64,000 nt of DNA from an uncultured bacterium (GCA_964423505.1 CAYREX010000003.1:152207-216206); one strand, 5' to 3'. Shown: positions 27,320 through 38,238, numbered from the stretch's first letter. Notes: a model not told the origin generated them from the sequence alone. Numbers and translations are program-made.

Positions 27320-28214
27320 CGTCGCCCATGAGCCTGAGGAAGACCTCCTCCAGGTCCTCCCTCAGCAGCTCCACGCCGGTGAAGGGGAGCCCCGTCTCGA
27401 GAACCGCCCGGGTAAGCGAGGGGAAGGAGCCCGGGTCCTCCATGAGCACCTCCAGGCCCCGTTCGGTAACGCTGCTCCGGTACCCGGCCTCCTCCAGCTC
27501 GGCCGACATCCCCGCCGGCTCCACCGTCCTGACCAGGGCGAGACCCTTCTGCCTGGCGAGCTCGTCCAGCTCTCCGCTCGCCACCAGCCGGCCCTCGCTG
27601 ATGAAGGCCGCCCGGTCGCATACCAGCTCCACCTCTCCGAGCATGTGGGAGTTGAGCATCACCGTGGTTCCGGAGGCGACCAGCTCCCTGATGGCGTTGC
27701 GCACCAGTATCCTCCCCCCCGGGTCGAGACCGCTGGCAGGCTCGTCCAGCAGTACCAGCTCCGGTGAGCCGCATATCACGAGGGCCAGGGCGACCCTCTG
27801 ACGCTGCCCCCTGGACATCCTGCCCACAGGCCTCTCGATCAGCCTGTCGCAGCCGAGACGGGCACAGGCGGCCTCCAGGTCGGCCTCCGTGCTCTCGCCG
27901 CGGACCCGCTCGAGCTGTCTGTGCAGGACCCCGGGGGTTGCCCATCCGGGGAAGGTGATGCTCTCCGGGAGGTACCTGACACCCCTGCGGGAGAGGGGGG
28001 AGGCCGCCGGCCTGCCCATCAGCTCCACCCGCCCGGCGTCGGGCATCACAAGGCCGAGGACGGCCTTCATGAGCGTCGTCTTGCCGGCGCCGTTCGGTCC
28101 CAGCAGCGAGAAGGAGGAACCCGCGGTCACCTCCAGGTCCAGCCCGGCCAGGGCCTCCACCTTCCCGTAGCGCTTGACGAGGCCGGAAGCGGCCAGTACC
28201 GGTTCTTCCCCCAA
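27291..28214 (-). CDS. ABC transporter ATP-binding protein
   Basis: GPNGAGKTT, MSRGQRQRVALA and LVLLDEPASGLD. Confidence 0.9.
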   Translation of the reverse strand: MGEEPVLAASGLVKRYGKVEALAGLDLEVTAGSSFSLLGPNGAGKTTLMKAVLGLVMPDAGRVELMGRPAASPLSRRGVRYLPESITFPGWATPGVLHRQLERVRGESTEADLEAACARLGCDRLIERPVGRMSRGQRQRVALALVICGSPELVLLDEPASGLDPGGRILVRNAIRELVASGTTVMLNSHMLGEVELVCDRAAFISEGRLVASGELDELARQKGLALVRTVEPAGMSAELEEAGYRSSVTERGLEVLMEDPGSFPSLTRAVLETGLPFTGVELLREDLEEVFLRLMGDDGDGGGDVA

Positions 28215-28288
28215 GGGCTCATCCCTGCAATATTAGGGCCTCGGTCCGGGGCCCGCCGACGTGAGACGCACCACGATCTGGAGGACTA

Positions 28289-29323
28289 TTGAGACTTCGG
28301 AGACGGACGGCAAGTGCGGTGATCGGGACCCTGGTCGGGCTGCTGCTCTCCTACTTCCTCCTCTCCACCGCAGGCGGGTCCGGAGGCGTCGGGGAGTCGA
28401 TCCGCAAGATAATCACCGTGGTGGCCCGGTCGGACCCGGGCCTCCTGCTGGGGGCGTTCTCCCTCTTCCTCCTGAGCCAGGTCGCCAGAGCGCTCCGGTG
28501 GATGGCTCTCAGCTTCGGCCGGAGGGTCCCCTTCTCCCTCTCCATGCCGGTGACCTCGGTGCACATCGGCCTTGGGCATCTCCTCCCCATAAGGCTCTCC
28601 GACGTGGCCTTCGTCGGCCTCCTCAGGCACCTTGGAGCCGTACCCGTCGGCTACGGGACCGCGACCGTGGTCTTTGCCAAGATGCTCGACCTGGTCGCCA
28701 TGGGCACCGTGATAGTCTCCGCAATAGCCGCAGGGGTGGGCGACATGGCGCTCATAGCCCCGTTGCTGGTGGTGGCCGGCCTGGCCGGCATACTGCTCCT
28801 TCGACCGGTGCTGAGGCTCCTCGGGCCGCCGGTGCGATGGGTCCTGGCCAGGCTGGGCAGGAGCGGGGCGGAGAGCTGGTTCGACGACCTGCTGGCCGCC
28901 TCCGCCGTAAGGGGGAGGAGGACCGGGCTCCTCGCCGGCTTCGGGCTCTCGATGGTCGCTTGGGTCAGCAAGCTGAGCATGTTCTGCCTGATACTGGCGG
29001 CTCTGGGCGTGACCGGCATCCCTCTGTGGAAGGTCTTCTTCGCCAGCGGTGTTACCGACCTGACGATGGCCCTGCCCGTCCACGGCCTGCTGAGCATGGG
29101 GACCGTGGAGGCGGGCTGGGCCGCGGGCTTTGCCATGGTGGGGGTGGAGGGTATGGTAGGTCCCGGGGTCTCGATCGTGGAGCTCGGCTTCGGCGTTCAC
29201 ATAGTCTGGATGCTCATGGCGGTGTCGCTGATGCTGCTTGCCGTTCCCTGGCTGCTGATCGGGAGGAGCAGGCTCCGCTGGAGCGGGGCGGATGGAGCCC
29301 CGAAGGGAGGTGGCCCCGCTTGA
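28289..29323 (+). CDS. UPF0104 / lysyl-PG-synthase-TM-like (flippase-like) membrane protein
   Basis: Polytopic membrane protein with an early LSQVARALRWMAL motif. TTG start. The family call rests on resemblance only. Confidence 0.5.
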   Translation: MRLRRRTASAVIGTLVGLLLSYFLLSTAGGSGGVGESIRKIITVVARSDPGLLLGAFSLFLLSQVARALRWMALSFGRRVPFSLSMPVTSVHIGLGHLLPIRLSDVAFVGLLRHLGAVPVGYGTATVVFAKMLDLVAMGTVIVSAIAAGVGDMALIAPLLVVAGLAGILLLRPVLRLLGPPVRWVLARLGRSGAESWFDDLLAASAVRGRRTGLLAGFGLSMVAWVSKLSMFCLILAALGVTGIPLWKVFFASGVTDLTMALPVHGLLSMGTVEAGWAAGFAMVGVEGMVGPGVSIVELGFGVHIVWMLMAVSLMLLAVPWLLIGRSRLRWSGADGAPKGGGPA

Positions 29324-30645
29324 GCGAAGAGGGAGCGACCGTCGTCGTCGGCGCAGGCGTGGCGGGCCTGACCCTCGCCGAGAGGCTCCTGGCGAACGGG
29401 GCGGCCGGGCCGGGAGGCCTGGTCGTGCTGGAGCGGGAGCAGGCGCCGGGAGGTCTCGCCAGGACCTTCGAGCGGGATGGCTTCCACTTCGACATCGGCC
29501 CTCACCGCTTCCACACATCGGACCCCACCGTGGAGAGGTACCTCCTCCATGTCCTCGGGGACGACTACGTATCCATACCCAGGTCGAGCAGCGTCTACAT
29601 GGCGGGCAAGTACCGTGACTGGCCGCTCAACCTCTCCTCGGTCATGGGCCTGCCGGTCGGCCTGCTGCTCCGCAGCGTGCCGGACCTGTTCAGGTCGGGG
29701 AGGCGCTCCGGAGAGACGCCGGAGAGCTTCGCCGACCACATAGTGGCCCGGTACGGCCGCAACCTCTACGACTACTTCTTCAGCGGGTATACCAGGAAGT
29801 TCACCGGCATGGAAGCCGAGCTGCTCCACGTGGACTGGGCCGCCGCAGGGGTCAACAGGGCGGTGATAGACAGGAAGGTCCGGGCCGACAGCCTCGCCTC
29901 GCTGCTGCGGGGGCTCCTGCTGCCCAGCCCGGTCAGGACCACCTTCTACTACCCCTCTTCGGGGGGTATACAGACCTTCTGCGACCGGCAGGCAGCCATG
30001 ATCGAGAGCCGTGGCGGCGAGGTCCGCCTCGGCGAGCCGGCGACCGGCGTTGAGACCGCTGCAGGCCGGGTCGAGGCCGTGCTGACCGGCTCCGGCAGGA
30101 TACCGGCCGCGAGGGTCTACTGGTCTGCGCCCATATCACTGATCCTCCCCTCGGCCGGCTTCCGCTTCATGAGCACCGTCCTCTGCAACATCGCCCTCGC
30201 CCGGCCTCAGGGAAACGAATACCAGTGGTGCTACTTCGGGCAGGAGGACATCCTCTTCAGCAGGCTGACCGTGCCGCCGAACTTCCGGCGGGATACGGCC
30301 CCGGAGGGGGCGGACAGCCTGGTTGCCGAGATAACCGTAAGAGCCGACTCCCCCGCCTGGAGGGAGCCGGAGAGCATGCGGGAGCGTCTTCTGGACGACC
30401 TGGAGAGGGTTGGCGCCGTAAGTCGGGAGGACGTGCTCTTCGTCGACTGGCGGAGGGTCCCGGAGACGTATCCGCTGTACGACCTGGGATACCGGGAGAG
30501 GCTCGCCGCGGTCGAGACCCCGCGGGGCCTGCACCTCCTGGGCCGGTGCGGCTCGTTCTGGTACAACAACATGGACCACTCCATAGGGCAGGGCATCGCG
30601 ATGGCGTCGGGGGAGAGGTTCCAGAGGGACTTCTGGAAGGGTTAG
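29320..30645 (+). CDS. FAD-dependent oxidoreductase (amine-oxidase / UDP-galactopyranose-mutase-like fold)
   Basis: VVVGAGVAGLTLAERL..VLEREQAPGGLA..FDIGPHRFH. The TTG at 29320 follows GGGAGGTGG and overlaps the upstream stop. The N-terminal 353 codons of ORF 28261..30645 are a shadow frame. Confidence 0.7.
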   Translation: MSEEGATVVVGAGVAGLTLAERLLANGAAGPGGLVVLEREQAPGGLARTFERDGFHFDIGPHRFHTSDPTVERYLLHVLGDDYVSIPRSSSVYMAGKYRDWPLNLSSVMGLPVGLLLRSVPDLFRSGRRSGETPESFADHIVARYGRNLYDYFFSGYTRKFTGMEAELLHVDWAAAGVNRAVIDRKVRADSLASLLRGLLLPSPVRTTFYYPSSGGIQTFCDRQAAMIESRGGEVRLGEPATGVETAAGRVEAVLTGSGRIPAARVYWSAPISLILPSAGFRFMSTVLCNIALARPQGNEYQWCYFGQEDILFSRLTVPPNFRRDTAPEGADSLVAEITVRADSPAWREPESMRERLLDDLERVGAVSREDVLFVDWRRVPETYPLYDLGYRERLAAVETPRGLHLLGRCGSFWYNNMDHSIGQGIAMASGERFQRDFWKG

Positions 30646-30653
30646 GGAGGGGA

Positions 30654-33600
30654 ATGCCCCGGGGAGAGCCGCACCCGACGCATGAGGGAACGGCGCTCCC
30701 CGCCCGGGAGCCGGACCGTGAGGTCCACCTCGAGGCCGGCTGCGGCTACGCCGCGGACGATGACCGGCGGGAGGCGGGCCGCAGGGCCGCTCGCGAGGCG
30801 GTCTCCACAACGGGCCGTTTCGAGCCGAGCGCGGTCCTGGTCTTCACCTCGGACGTCTCCGACCTCAGGAGGATGCTGGCCGGGGTGCGCTCGGTAACCG
30901 GAGAGGCCCCCCTGGTGGGCTGCACCACCGCAGGCGACATATGCGACGGCGAGCTGCGCAGGGGCGGCGTGACGGTCGCCGTCATCGCCTCCCCCTGGCT
31001 GAGGCTGGCAGCCGGCGTCGGCAGGGACGTCAGCTCGGACTGGCGCCGGGCCCTGGACGCCGCCCTGGAGGCACCGGGGGTCTCCGGGTGGTTCGACCCG
31101 GAGGACGACTCGACGCGGCGGAGGGCCAGGCGGGAGGGGAGCACGGCCGTCGGCCTGATGTTCGCCCCCGGCGACACCTTCTCCTGCGTCTCGAGCGACG
31201 ACGAGGTGCTGACCGAGCTGAGGAGACGCTCCTCGGGAATACTGACCTTCTTCGGGGGAAGCGCCGCCGACGACTGGCGGATGGAGGAGAGCTGGGTCTT
31301 CAGCGGCCCCACCGCCTATCCGGACGGCCTGGTGGTCGGGATACTGGAGACAGGCCTCCGGGTCGGAACCGCAATGGCCCACGGCCTCGTGCCCTCCAGC
31401 CTCTCCGCCACCGTGACCTCCGCAGGCGGCTACCTGCTCGAGGAGCTGGACGGAAGGCCTGCGGCCGAAGTCTACGCGGGACTCATCGGGGTCGACGTGG
31501 ACGAGCTCTCGGACAGGAGGACCACGCATCGGACGGACCTCCCCCTGGGCCTCGGTGAGCCCGGTGGCGACCATGCCGTGTGCGTAGCCAGCTCCGTGAC
31601 CCGCGGCGGCGGGCTCAGGATGACCAGGCCGGTTCCCGAGGGGGCGGTTGTGAAGGTCATGATACCCGAGCCGGACGCGATGATATCGGCCGCCTCCAGG
31701 GCCGCCAGGACGGCGCTGCTGAGGGGCGGCTTCGAGCGTCCGGCCATCGGCCTCGTCGTCGACTGCACACTCAGGGAGAGGTTCCTGGCCGACCGCTACC
31801 CCGCCGAGCTTGCGGCTGTCCGGGGCGTCTGCGCAAACGCCCCGCTGGCCGGCTTCCTGAGCTACGGAGAGCAGGGGATGGATGCAGCCGGCGGCAACAT
31901 CAGCGGCAACGAGTGCATAAACATCCTCGCCATAGGGGACGAGCTCACGCCCGCCGCCAGGGTCTGGCTGGAGAACAGGCGTCTGCTCGATGGGCGCAGC
32001 AGGGCCACCGGGGCCCTCCGGAACATGCTCGGCAGGCTTCAGGCGCTGATGGACGGCATCGAGCAGGGAATCGTCTACGAGGACGGCTCCCGCAGGGTCC
32101 AGATGGCGAACGAGAGGTTCTGCAGGATGTTCGACCTGCCCTCTGTCGACGTGGTGATAGGAAGCGACGGGACCGACGTCGATCGCTCGATCGCCGCCGT
32201 GCTGGACGACGGCTCCGACTACTCCGGGGTTGTCCGGGAGAGGCTCTCGGAGAGGGCACCCGTAGCCTCCGAGGAGCTCCGGACCCGCGACGGCCGGTTC
32301 CTCTCCAGGGACTACGTCCCCGTGACCATCGACCATACGGAGGCCGGCAGCTTCTGGGTCTACCGTGACGTAACCGAGACCAGGCTGGCCGAGAGGCGGC
32401 TCAGGGAGAGCGAGGAGCGGTTCAGGACGTACGTCATGGAGCTGCCCGTCGGCGCCTACCGGCGCGATCTCGAGGGCAGCCGCATCCTGATGGCCAACCC
32501 GGAGATGGCCGCGATGTTCGGCTACGACGACCCGGACGCGATGATAAGATGCGGCTACGCCGGGACCTACGCGGATGACTCCCAGCGGCTCCGCCTTAGG
32601 CGGATGCTGGAGGAGAGGGGGCACGTCGAGGGCCTGGAGGTGGAGCTGGTCAGACGCGACGGGGAGCACTTCGCCGCCAGGGTCTGGGCCCACGTCCGTT
32701 CCGTCGGGGAGGAGCAGGTCGTCGACGGCGTGATAGTGGACATCACCATGCAGAGGGAGCTGGAGGAGCGCCAGCGGCTGCTGGCCGCCGCCATCGAGCA
32801 GACCAGCGAGTCCATCATCATAACCGACCTCGACGACCGGATACTCTGGGTGAACCCCGCCTTCGAGGAGAGCTACGGCTTCACCGCCGGGGAGGTGGTG
32901 GGTGACCGCATGGAGCTCCTCAGGAGCGGCGAGAAGGGTGACGGGCCGTACGCTGAGATATCGGCCGCCCTCTCACGGGGGGAGACCTGGACGGGACGAA
33001 TCACCGACCGGAGGAAGGACGGCTCCCTCTACCCCCAGGAGGCCACTATCTCCCCGGTCAGGGACAGGAGCGGCAGGGTCTTCAGGTACGTGAGCGCGCA
33101 GAGGGACATATCCGGCCAGCTGGAGTTCGAGAGGCGGCTTCTCTACCTCCACGGAATGGACACGCTGCTCCGGGACATCTCCGACAGGATGATGTCCGAG
33201 AGGGGACCGCTCTCGGTGATGGACGACGTCCTGGAGTCTGTAGGGCGGTTCTTCGACGTCTCCAGGACATACCTCTTCCGCTACGAGCCGGGCCTGGAGA
33301 GGGCCAGCAACACGTTCGAGTGGTGCGCCGAGGGGGTGGAGCCATTCATCGACGAGCTTCAGGACATCGACATGACCGGCGGGTTGGAGTGGTGGGCCGA
33401 GAGGCTCGGGAGCGGCGAGGCGGTGCTCGTGCGGGATACATCGGACGCCCCGGGGGTGCCGGAAGCCGTCCTGGAGGTCCTCAGGGAGGAGAGCGTGGTC
33501 TCCGTCATAGTGCTGCCCGTCTTCGTCTTCGGGAGGCTCTACGGCTTCGTGGGCCTGGACGAGACCAGGAGGGTCAGGGAATGGCTGGACGAGGAGCGGA

Positions 33601-34838
33601 CGCTGCTGGCCGGCCTGGCGGAGAGGCTGGGACGGTCGCTGGAGAGGGCCCAGAGGAAGAGGGAGCTGGAGGAGACCCTGCAGCTCAGGGAGCAGCTCGC
33701 GCAGTCCCAGAAGATGGAGGCCATCGGGCAGCTGGCCGGCGGCATAGCCCACGACTTCAACAACCTGCTGCAGGCCATGGGCGGTCACGTCGACCTGGCG
33801 CTGGCCTCCCTGCCCGACGACGCCCCGGTCAGGGGGAACCTCGACGAGGTGGCCAGGGCGGGGGAGAGGGCCGCGAGGCTGGTGGCCCAGCTGCTCGCCT
33901 TCTCCCGCCGCCAGATGATGCAGCCGGAGACCCTGGACCTCGACGATGTGATAGCCGACCTGCTCATCATGCTGGAGAGGGTCATCGGCGAGCACATAAG
34001 GCTCCGGTTCGAGCCCGGGCCGGGAGTCAAGCGGGTCAGGGCCGACCGGAGCATGATGGAGCAGGTGCTCATGAACCTCTGCGTGAACGCCAGGGATGCC
34101 ATGCCGGAGGGGGGGGACCTGCGTATAGCGACCGAGGCCAGCCGGCGCTCCGACGCCGGCTGCGACCCGGCCGACCTGCCCTCCGGGGATGACCTGGTCG
34201 TCCTCACCGTGACCGACACCGGCGAAGGCATGACCCGGCAGGTCCTGGAGAGGGCCTTCGAGCCCTTCTTCACCACCAAGCCGGTGGGCAAGGGGACCGG
34301 CCTGGGGCTGGCCACGGTGTACGGGATAGTCAGGCAGCACGGAGGCACCGTCACGGCGCAGAGCGAGCCGGGCAGCGGCAGCTCCTTCAGCGTCCTCTTC
34401 CCCCGCTCCTCCGAGCCGGTGGGGGAGGGCCTGGACACTGGCGCGGAGCCGCCGGCCGGAAGGGGGGAGACTCTGCTTCTGGCGGAGGACGAGCGGATGG
34501 TGATGGAGCTGAACGCCGCCATGCTGCGGGATGCCGGCTACGTCATCGTGCGGGCCGCCGACGGGCAGGAGGCGGTGGAGGTCTTCCGGAGGCGGGGGGG
34601 GGAGATAGACGGCCTGTTCATGGACGTGGTCATGCCCCGTATGGGCGGGATAGAGGCGCTCGAGAGGATAAGGGAGGAATCGCCTGACGTGCCGGTGCTC
34701 TTCACTACCGGCTACAGCGAGGAGGTCCTCGGCTCCGGAATGCTGAGCGACGAGAGGGTGAGGGTCCTCCGCAAGCCCTGCCGCAGGAGGGAGCTCCTTA
34801 CCGCAATCCGCCGCATGCTCGACTCCGCCCCCGACTGA
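30654..34838 (+). CDS. hybrid sensor histidine kinase: FIST - PAS repeats - GAF - HisKA - HATPase - REC
   Basis: FIST-like N-terminus (SAVLVFTS...[11 protein letters not shown]), PAS cores ([23 protein letters not shown]), H-box [34 protein letters not shown] and REC (LLLAEDE...DVVMPRMGG). ATG at 30654 follows AGGGAGGGG. Confidence 0.85.
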   Translation: MPRGEPHPTHEGTALPAREPDREVHLEAGCGYAADDDRREAGRRAAREAVSTTGRFEPSAVLVFTSDVSDLRRMLAGVRSVTGEAPLVGCTTAGDICDGELRRGGVTVAVIASPWLRLAAGVGRDVSSDWRRALDAALEAPGVSGWFDPEDDSTRRRARREGSTAVGLMFAPGDTFSCVSSDDEVLTELRRRSSGILTFFGGSAADDWRMEESWVFSGPTAYPDGLVVGILETGLRVGTAMAHGLVPSSLSATVTSAGGYLLEELDGRPAAEVYAGLIGVDVDELSDRRTTHRTDLPLGLGEPGGDHAVCVASSVTRGGGLRMTRPVPEGAVVKVMIPEPDAMISAASRAARTALLRGGFERPAIGLVVDCTLRERFLADRYPAELAAVRGVCANAPLAGFLSYGEQGMDAAGGNISGNECINILAIGDELTPAARVWLENRRLLDGRSRATGALRNMLGRLQALMDGIEQGIVYEDGSRRVQMANERFCRMFDLPSVDVVIGSDGTDVDRSIAAVLDDGSDYSGVVRERLSERAPVASEELRTRDGRFLSRDYVPVTIDHTEAGSFWVYRDVTETRLAERRLRESEERFRTYVMELPVGAYRRDLEGSRILMANPEMAAMFGYDDPDAMIRCGYAGTYADDSQRLRLRRMLEERGHVEGLEVELVRRDGEHFAARVWAHVRSVGEEQVVDGVIVDITMQRELEERQRLLAAAIEQTSESIIITDLDDRILWVNPAFEESYGFTAGEVVGDRMELLRSGEKGDGPYAEISAALSRGETWTGRITDRRKDGSLYPQEATISPVRDRSGRVFRYVSAQRDISGQLEFERRLLYLHGMDTLLRDISDRMMSERGPLSVMDDVLESVGRFFDVSRTYLFRYEPGLERASNTFEWCAEGVEPFIDELQDIDMTGGLEWWAERLGSGEAVLVRDTSDAPGVPEAVLEVLREESVVSVIVLPVFVFGRLYGFVGLDETRRVREWLDEERTLLAGLAERLGRSLERAQRKRELEETLQLREQLAQSQKMEAIGQLAGGIAHDFNNLLQAMGGHVDLALASLPDDAPVRGNLDEVARAGERAARLVAQLLAFSRRQMMQPETLDLDDVIADLLIMLERVIGEHIRLRFEPGPGVKRVRADRSMMEQVLMNLCVNARDAMPEGGDLRIATEASRRSDAGCDPADLPSGDDLVVLTVTDTGEGMTRQVLERAFEPFFTTKPVGKGTGLGLATVYGIVRQHGGTVTAQSEPGSGSSFSVLFPRSSEPVGEGLDTGAEPPAGRGETLLLAEDERMVMELNAAMLRDAGYVIVRAADGQEAVEVFRRRGGEIDGLFMDVVMPRMGGIEALERIREESPDVPVLFTTGYSEEVLGSGMLSDERVRVLRKPCRRRELLTAIRRMLDSAPD

Positions 34839-34895
34839 CGCCTCCCCCGCGCTTCCCGCCGGATGTGATACGACCATCCCAGCCGGGTATCCAGG

Positions 34896-34901
34896 TATAA
34901 T
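34896..34901 (+). promoter_or_regulatory. candidate -10 box (TATAAT) for the riboswitch-btuB transcript
   Basis: A perfect TATAAT about 65 nt upstream of riboswitch P1. No convincing -35 element. Confidence 0.3.
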
Positions 34902-34965
34902 CCAGGGTATGGGGCCGGCCCTGCATCGCGGTGACGCCGGCCTCCGGTATGCTTATCTTCCATGT

Positions 34966-35118
34966 GGCCGCGGGGCGCAGGAAGACGGTGCGAGTCCGTC
35001 ACGGTGGCGCCACTGTGACCGGGGACCGACCCCCGAGAGCCACTGCCCGGTGAGTTACAGAGCGGGCGGGAAGGCGGGGCGAGGGAGGATCCGGGAGTCA
35101 GGATACTGCGCCGCGGCC
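34966..35118 (+). promoter_or_regulatory. cobalamin (B12) riboswitch
   Basis: GGAAGACGGTGCGAGTCCGTCACGGTGGCGCCACTGTGACCGGGG core, GCCACTG, GGGAAGGC and B12-box-like GAGTCAGGATACTGCGCC. P1 pairs ggccgcggggcgcag (34966-80) with ctgcgccgcggcc (35106-18). It sits upstream of a TonB-dependent receptor. Confidence 0.85.
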
Positions 35119-35164
35119 GGAGGCGCCTCCCGGACCAGGGGGCTCCCTCCGGGCCGGCTCCCGT

Positions 35165-35205
35165 GGCCGACACCGCAACGGGAGGTCGGCCCTGATTCGT
35201 CTTTT
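35165..35205 (+). terminator. expression-platform hairpin (RBS sequestor / weak terminator)
   Basis: The ggccgac...gtcggcc stem encloses GGGAGG and is followed by ctgattcgtcttttg, immediately before the TTG start. Confidence 0.35.
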
Positions 35206-37171
35206 GCCAGCTCTTGTCGCCCTCATCTGCGTCCCTGCCCGGGGAGTCGCGCTACTTCACGTGGAGGACGGCTTCGGCAGGCCTGTCGCCGGTGCTCTGG
35301 TCAGCACCGGCGGTGAGCTTCTAGGCCTGACCGGCCCGGAAGGCGCGCTGTCGCTGGATACCTCTCCCGACTCCATCGGCGTCGACGCGCTCGGATACGA
35401 CGACTGGGCCGGGCCGTGGCCCGAGGACGGCGTCATCATGCTCTCTCCGGTTCCCGTACCTTCCGGCGTCGTGGTCTCCGTCCGCGGCAGCTGGGGAACG
35501 CTGCGCCAGTCCCTCCACCGGACGACTCTCATAGACGGCCGGGCCCTGGAGGACCTGGCGAGGGAGGGCCTCGGGGCTCTCGCCAGGTCTGCCGGAGGAG
35601 TCTACGCGCGGGAGTACGGCGGAGCCATGCCGGTGGTCTCGGTCTCGGTCAGGGGCGCCGACCCGGGACAGGTGGGCTATCTCCTCGACGGCCACTCCCT
35701 GGAGAGCAGCATGGACGGCCTGCCGGGACACACCCTGGACCTCTCCGTCCTGGGCGGCATAGAGCTGGCCAGGGGCGTGGGCCCCGGGCTGCCCGGTGGC
35801 GGGATGGCCGGAACGCTGAACCTCCTGCCCCGCTCTCCCGGTGCGCCGCCTTCGGCCGAGCTCCGGGCAGACGACAGGGGCGGTGTCGGCGTGTCGGCCG
35901 GAGCAGGCACCGGGACCCTCCGGGTGGACGCGAGCGTGGCCCGGAGGAAGTGCGCGGGCGGCTCCGGAGCCAGCCTCGGGACGGTCCTCATGACCGGGAT
36001 TGCCGGCGGGCTGCGGGGCGGTATCCTCGCCTCGGCGTCCTCCGGCTCCGTCGAGTCCCCGGAATGGAGCCTGCCGTCGGACGGCTGGCGCTGCAGGAGC
36101 TCCGTCGACGGATGGGCGTCGCTGGCCACCGGCAGGCTCCGCTTCCGGGCCGGCGGCAGGCTGGGAAGGATGACCTACGAGCAGACCGTGCCCCAGGCTG
36201 TCTCCGACACCCACGAAGAGGCCTCCTGCCGGGCCGGCATCTCCCTGCTCCCGGGCATCGTGCGCGGACTGGTCCTGGGCGGTACCGCGGAGACGTCCAG
36301 GGTCTCCAGCACCTCGATAGGGGAGAGAGGGCGCTCCGAGGCCGGACTCTCGGCGGTGCTGTCCCGTCGGGGCTCGCCCTCTCTCGACCTGGCCGTCCGG
36401 GGCACCTCTGCCGGAGCCGGCGGTCCCATGGTCGGGGCGAGGCTGGGGGTGTCGGTCCAGCTGGCCGACTCGGCTCTGGTCCTGTCCGCCGCCGCCGGCA
36501 GGGGATTCAGGAGACCGACCCTCAACGAGCTGTACTGGCCGGAGGACGCCTTCGCCCGGGGCAACCCGGAGCTCGAGCCGGAGACCTCCCTGGAATGCGA
36601 GCTCTCCGCCGCGGGGCGGCCGGCAGGATGGCTGGACCTCTACGCGGCAGCCTTCATGGCGAGGACGGAGGGGATGATAAGGTGGGAGCCGGGCGATGGG
36701 GGGAGGTGGACGCCGGTCAACATCGGCGTCGCACGGAGGATGGGTCTGGAGGGTGAGCTGCGCGCGCGCGCCGGCTTCCTCCGACTGAGGGGGTGCGGCA
36801 CCCTGATGTCGGTGACCGACGAGACCCCGCACTCGACCACCCGCGGCATGCGGCTGCCCTACTCGCCGGGGCTCACGTGGGGGCTCTCCGCCTCTCTGCG
36901 GCTGGCCGGTCCGGTTTCGCTCAGGCTGGGGGCGGAGGGCACCGGCTACAGGTATACGAACTACAGCGAGACCGCATGGCTCTCGCCCTACGGCCTGCTG
37001 TCGGCCGGAGTGGACGTAGCTCTGCCCGGCTCAGGTGGCGCCACGCTCTCGCTCGACCTGGAGAACCTGACGGACGTTTCTTACATGGAGACCGGCGGCT
37101 ACCCGGGGAGGTCCCGGACGCTCTCCGCCGCTCTCCGCTGGGATGGAGGAGGAGACGGCTATGACGACTGA
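35204..37171 (+). CDS. btuB: TonB-dependent receptor (BtuB-like) with N-terminal carboxypeptidase-regulatory-like domain
   Basis: Plug-like SVSVRGADPGQVGYLLDGHSLES, beta-barrel repeats and a C-terminal NLTDVSYMETGGYPGRSRTLSAALRW. Controlled by the B12 riboswitch. TTG start is uncertain. Confidence 0.75.
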   Translation: MPALVALICVPARGVALLHVEDGFGRPVAGALVSTGGELLGLTGPEGALSLDTSPDSIGVDALGYDDWAGPWPEDGVIMLSPVPVPSGVVVSVRGSWGTLRQSLHRTTLIDGRALEDLAREGLGALARSAGGVYAREYGGAMPVVSVSVRGADPGQVGYLLDGHSLESSMDGLPGHTLDLSVLGGIELARGVGPGLPGGGMAGTLNLLPRSPGAPPSAELRADDRGGVGVSAGAGTGTLRVDASVARRKCAGGSGASLGTVLMTGIAGGLRGGILASASSGSVESPEWSLPSDGWRCRSSVDGWASLATGRLRFRAGGRLGRMTYEQTVPQAVSDTHEEASCRAGISLLPGIVRGLVLGGTAETSRVSSTSIGERGRSEAGLSAVLSRRGSPSLDLAVRGTSAGAGGPMVGARLGVSVQLADSALVLSAAAGRGFRRPTLNELYWPEDAFARGNPELEPETSLECELSAAGRPAGWLDLYAAAFMARTEGMIRWEPGDGGRWTPVNIGVARRMGLEGELRARAGFLRLRGCGTLMSVTDETPHSTTRGMRLPYSPGLTWGLSASLRLAGPVSLRLGAEGTGYRYTNYSETAWLSPYGLLSAGVDVALPGSGGATLSLDLENLTDVSYMETGGYPGRSRTLSAALRWDGGGDGYDD

Positions 37172-38165
37172 CGTGAGACTCGTCGGGGCCCGCATGTCGG
37201 CCCTGGCGCTGATGGCGGTCCTCATCGCGGCGGGATGCTCGGACCCCGCCGGCATCACCCCAGGGCCGAACCCGGAGGGTGACCCGGTGGCATGGTTCAA
37301 CGGCCTCGGCTACACGGTCGACCTCTACTTCCCCAAGGTCGACTCGCTGGTAGCCGGGGCCTACCACACCGGGGAGGTCCCCTGCGACATCCGCACCACC
37401 TCGCCGAGGACCTTCGCCGTCCTCAGCACCCTCTCCTGCCAGCTCCGCCTGTACGACACGGGCCAGGAGGGGACCCCGACGAAGGCCATCGAGCTGCCCG
37501 CCGGCTCCAATCCCTACTCCATGTGCTGGGACGGGGAGGTCTTCTGGGTCGCGCTGCTCCTCTCCGGGGAGGTGGCCAGGGTCACCCCGGAGGGCGGGGT
37601 GACCACCTACGACACGCCGGCGAACCCCACCTCCGTCGCGTCTACCTGCGACCTGGTAATCGTCGGGCACGGAAACTGGCCGGACAGCAGCGTGACAGGA
37701 GGGCTGACGCTCCTGGACGCAGGGAGCGGGGAGATTCTGGACAGCGTCCAGACGCCGGACAACGTCACCGCCCTGGAGTACTTTCCGCAGACCGGCATGG
37801 TCCACGTCTCCACCTCGACCTTCACCGGGGACGGGATGATAAACGTGGTCGACCCGGGCTCCGGCTCGGTGGAGGCCACGGTCGCCACGGGCGGCTCTCC
37901 GGGAAGGCCGGTTGCCGTGGAAGGCGGTTTCGCAGCCGGCGACGGGTGGACCTCCGGCAGGGTCTACCTCTACGGCGAGGACGGCTCCCTGGACGTGTGG
38001 GAGAGCGGCATGTCGTCGGTCACCGGCCTGGCGCTCATGGAGGGGATGCTCTACCTGACCGACTTCAACGGCGACAGGGTCCTGGTGGCGGAGGCTTCCA
38101 CCCTGACGCCGGTGGACACCCTCGCATCCGGCGACGGCCCGCAGGGCATCGCGGCGGTGGAGTGA
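37161..38165 (+). CDS. beta-propeller lipoprotein (YVTN/NHL-like repeats)
   Basis: Lipobox LIAAGC and repeated beta-strand blades (GSNPYSMCWDG, PTSVAS, VTALEY, PGRPVAV, PQGIAAV). The ATG at 37161 follows GGAGGAGA and overlaps the btuB end. Confidence 0.65.
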   Translation: MTTDVRLVGARMSALALMAVLIAAGCSDPAGITPGPNPEGDPVAWFNGLGYTVDLYFPKVDSLVAGAYHTGEVPCDIRTTSPRTFAVLSTLSCQLRLYDTGQEGTPTKAIELPAGSNPYSMCWDGEVFWVALLLSGEVARVTPEGGVTTYDTPANPTSVASTCDLVIVGHGNWPDSSVTGGLTLLDAGSGEILDSVQTPDNVTALEYFPQTGMVHVSTSTFTGDGMINVVDPGSGSVEATVATGGSPGRPVAVEGGFAAGDGWTSGRVYLYGEDGSLDVWESGMSSVTGLALMEGMLYLTDFNGDRVLVAEASTLTPVDTLASGDGPQGIAAVE

Positions 38166-38238
38166 GCCGCAGCCGGTCCCGAGGCTGACCCGGTACCGGC
38201 TGGAGACGTATATTACGGCTCGACTCCCGGGGGGTATC

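Noticed and set aside
28261-29319. N-terminal 353 codons of the 794-aa ORF 28261..30645
   Set aside because: This part is Arg/Gly-rich and overlaps the hydrophobic UPF0104 gene out of frame. The recognisable flavoprotein begins at the SD-preceded TTG at 29320.
30642-34877. Minus-strand ORFs 30642..32693 (683 aa) and 32973..34877 (634 aa)
   Set aside because: Antisense shadows of the FIST-PAS-GAF hybrid kinase gene, with no motifs of their own.
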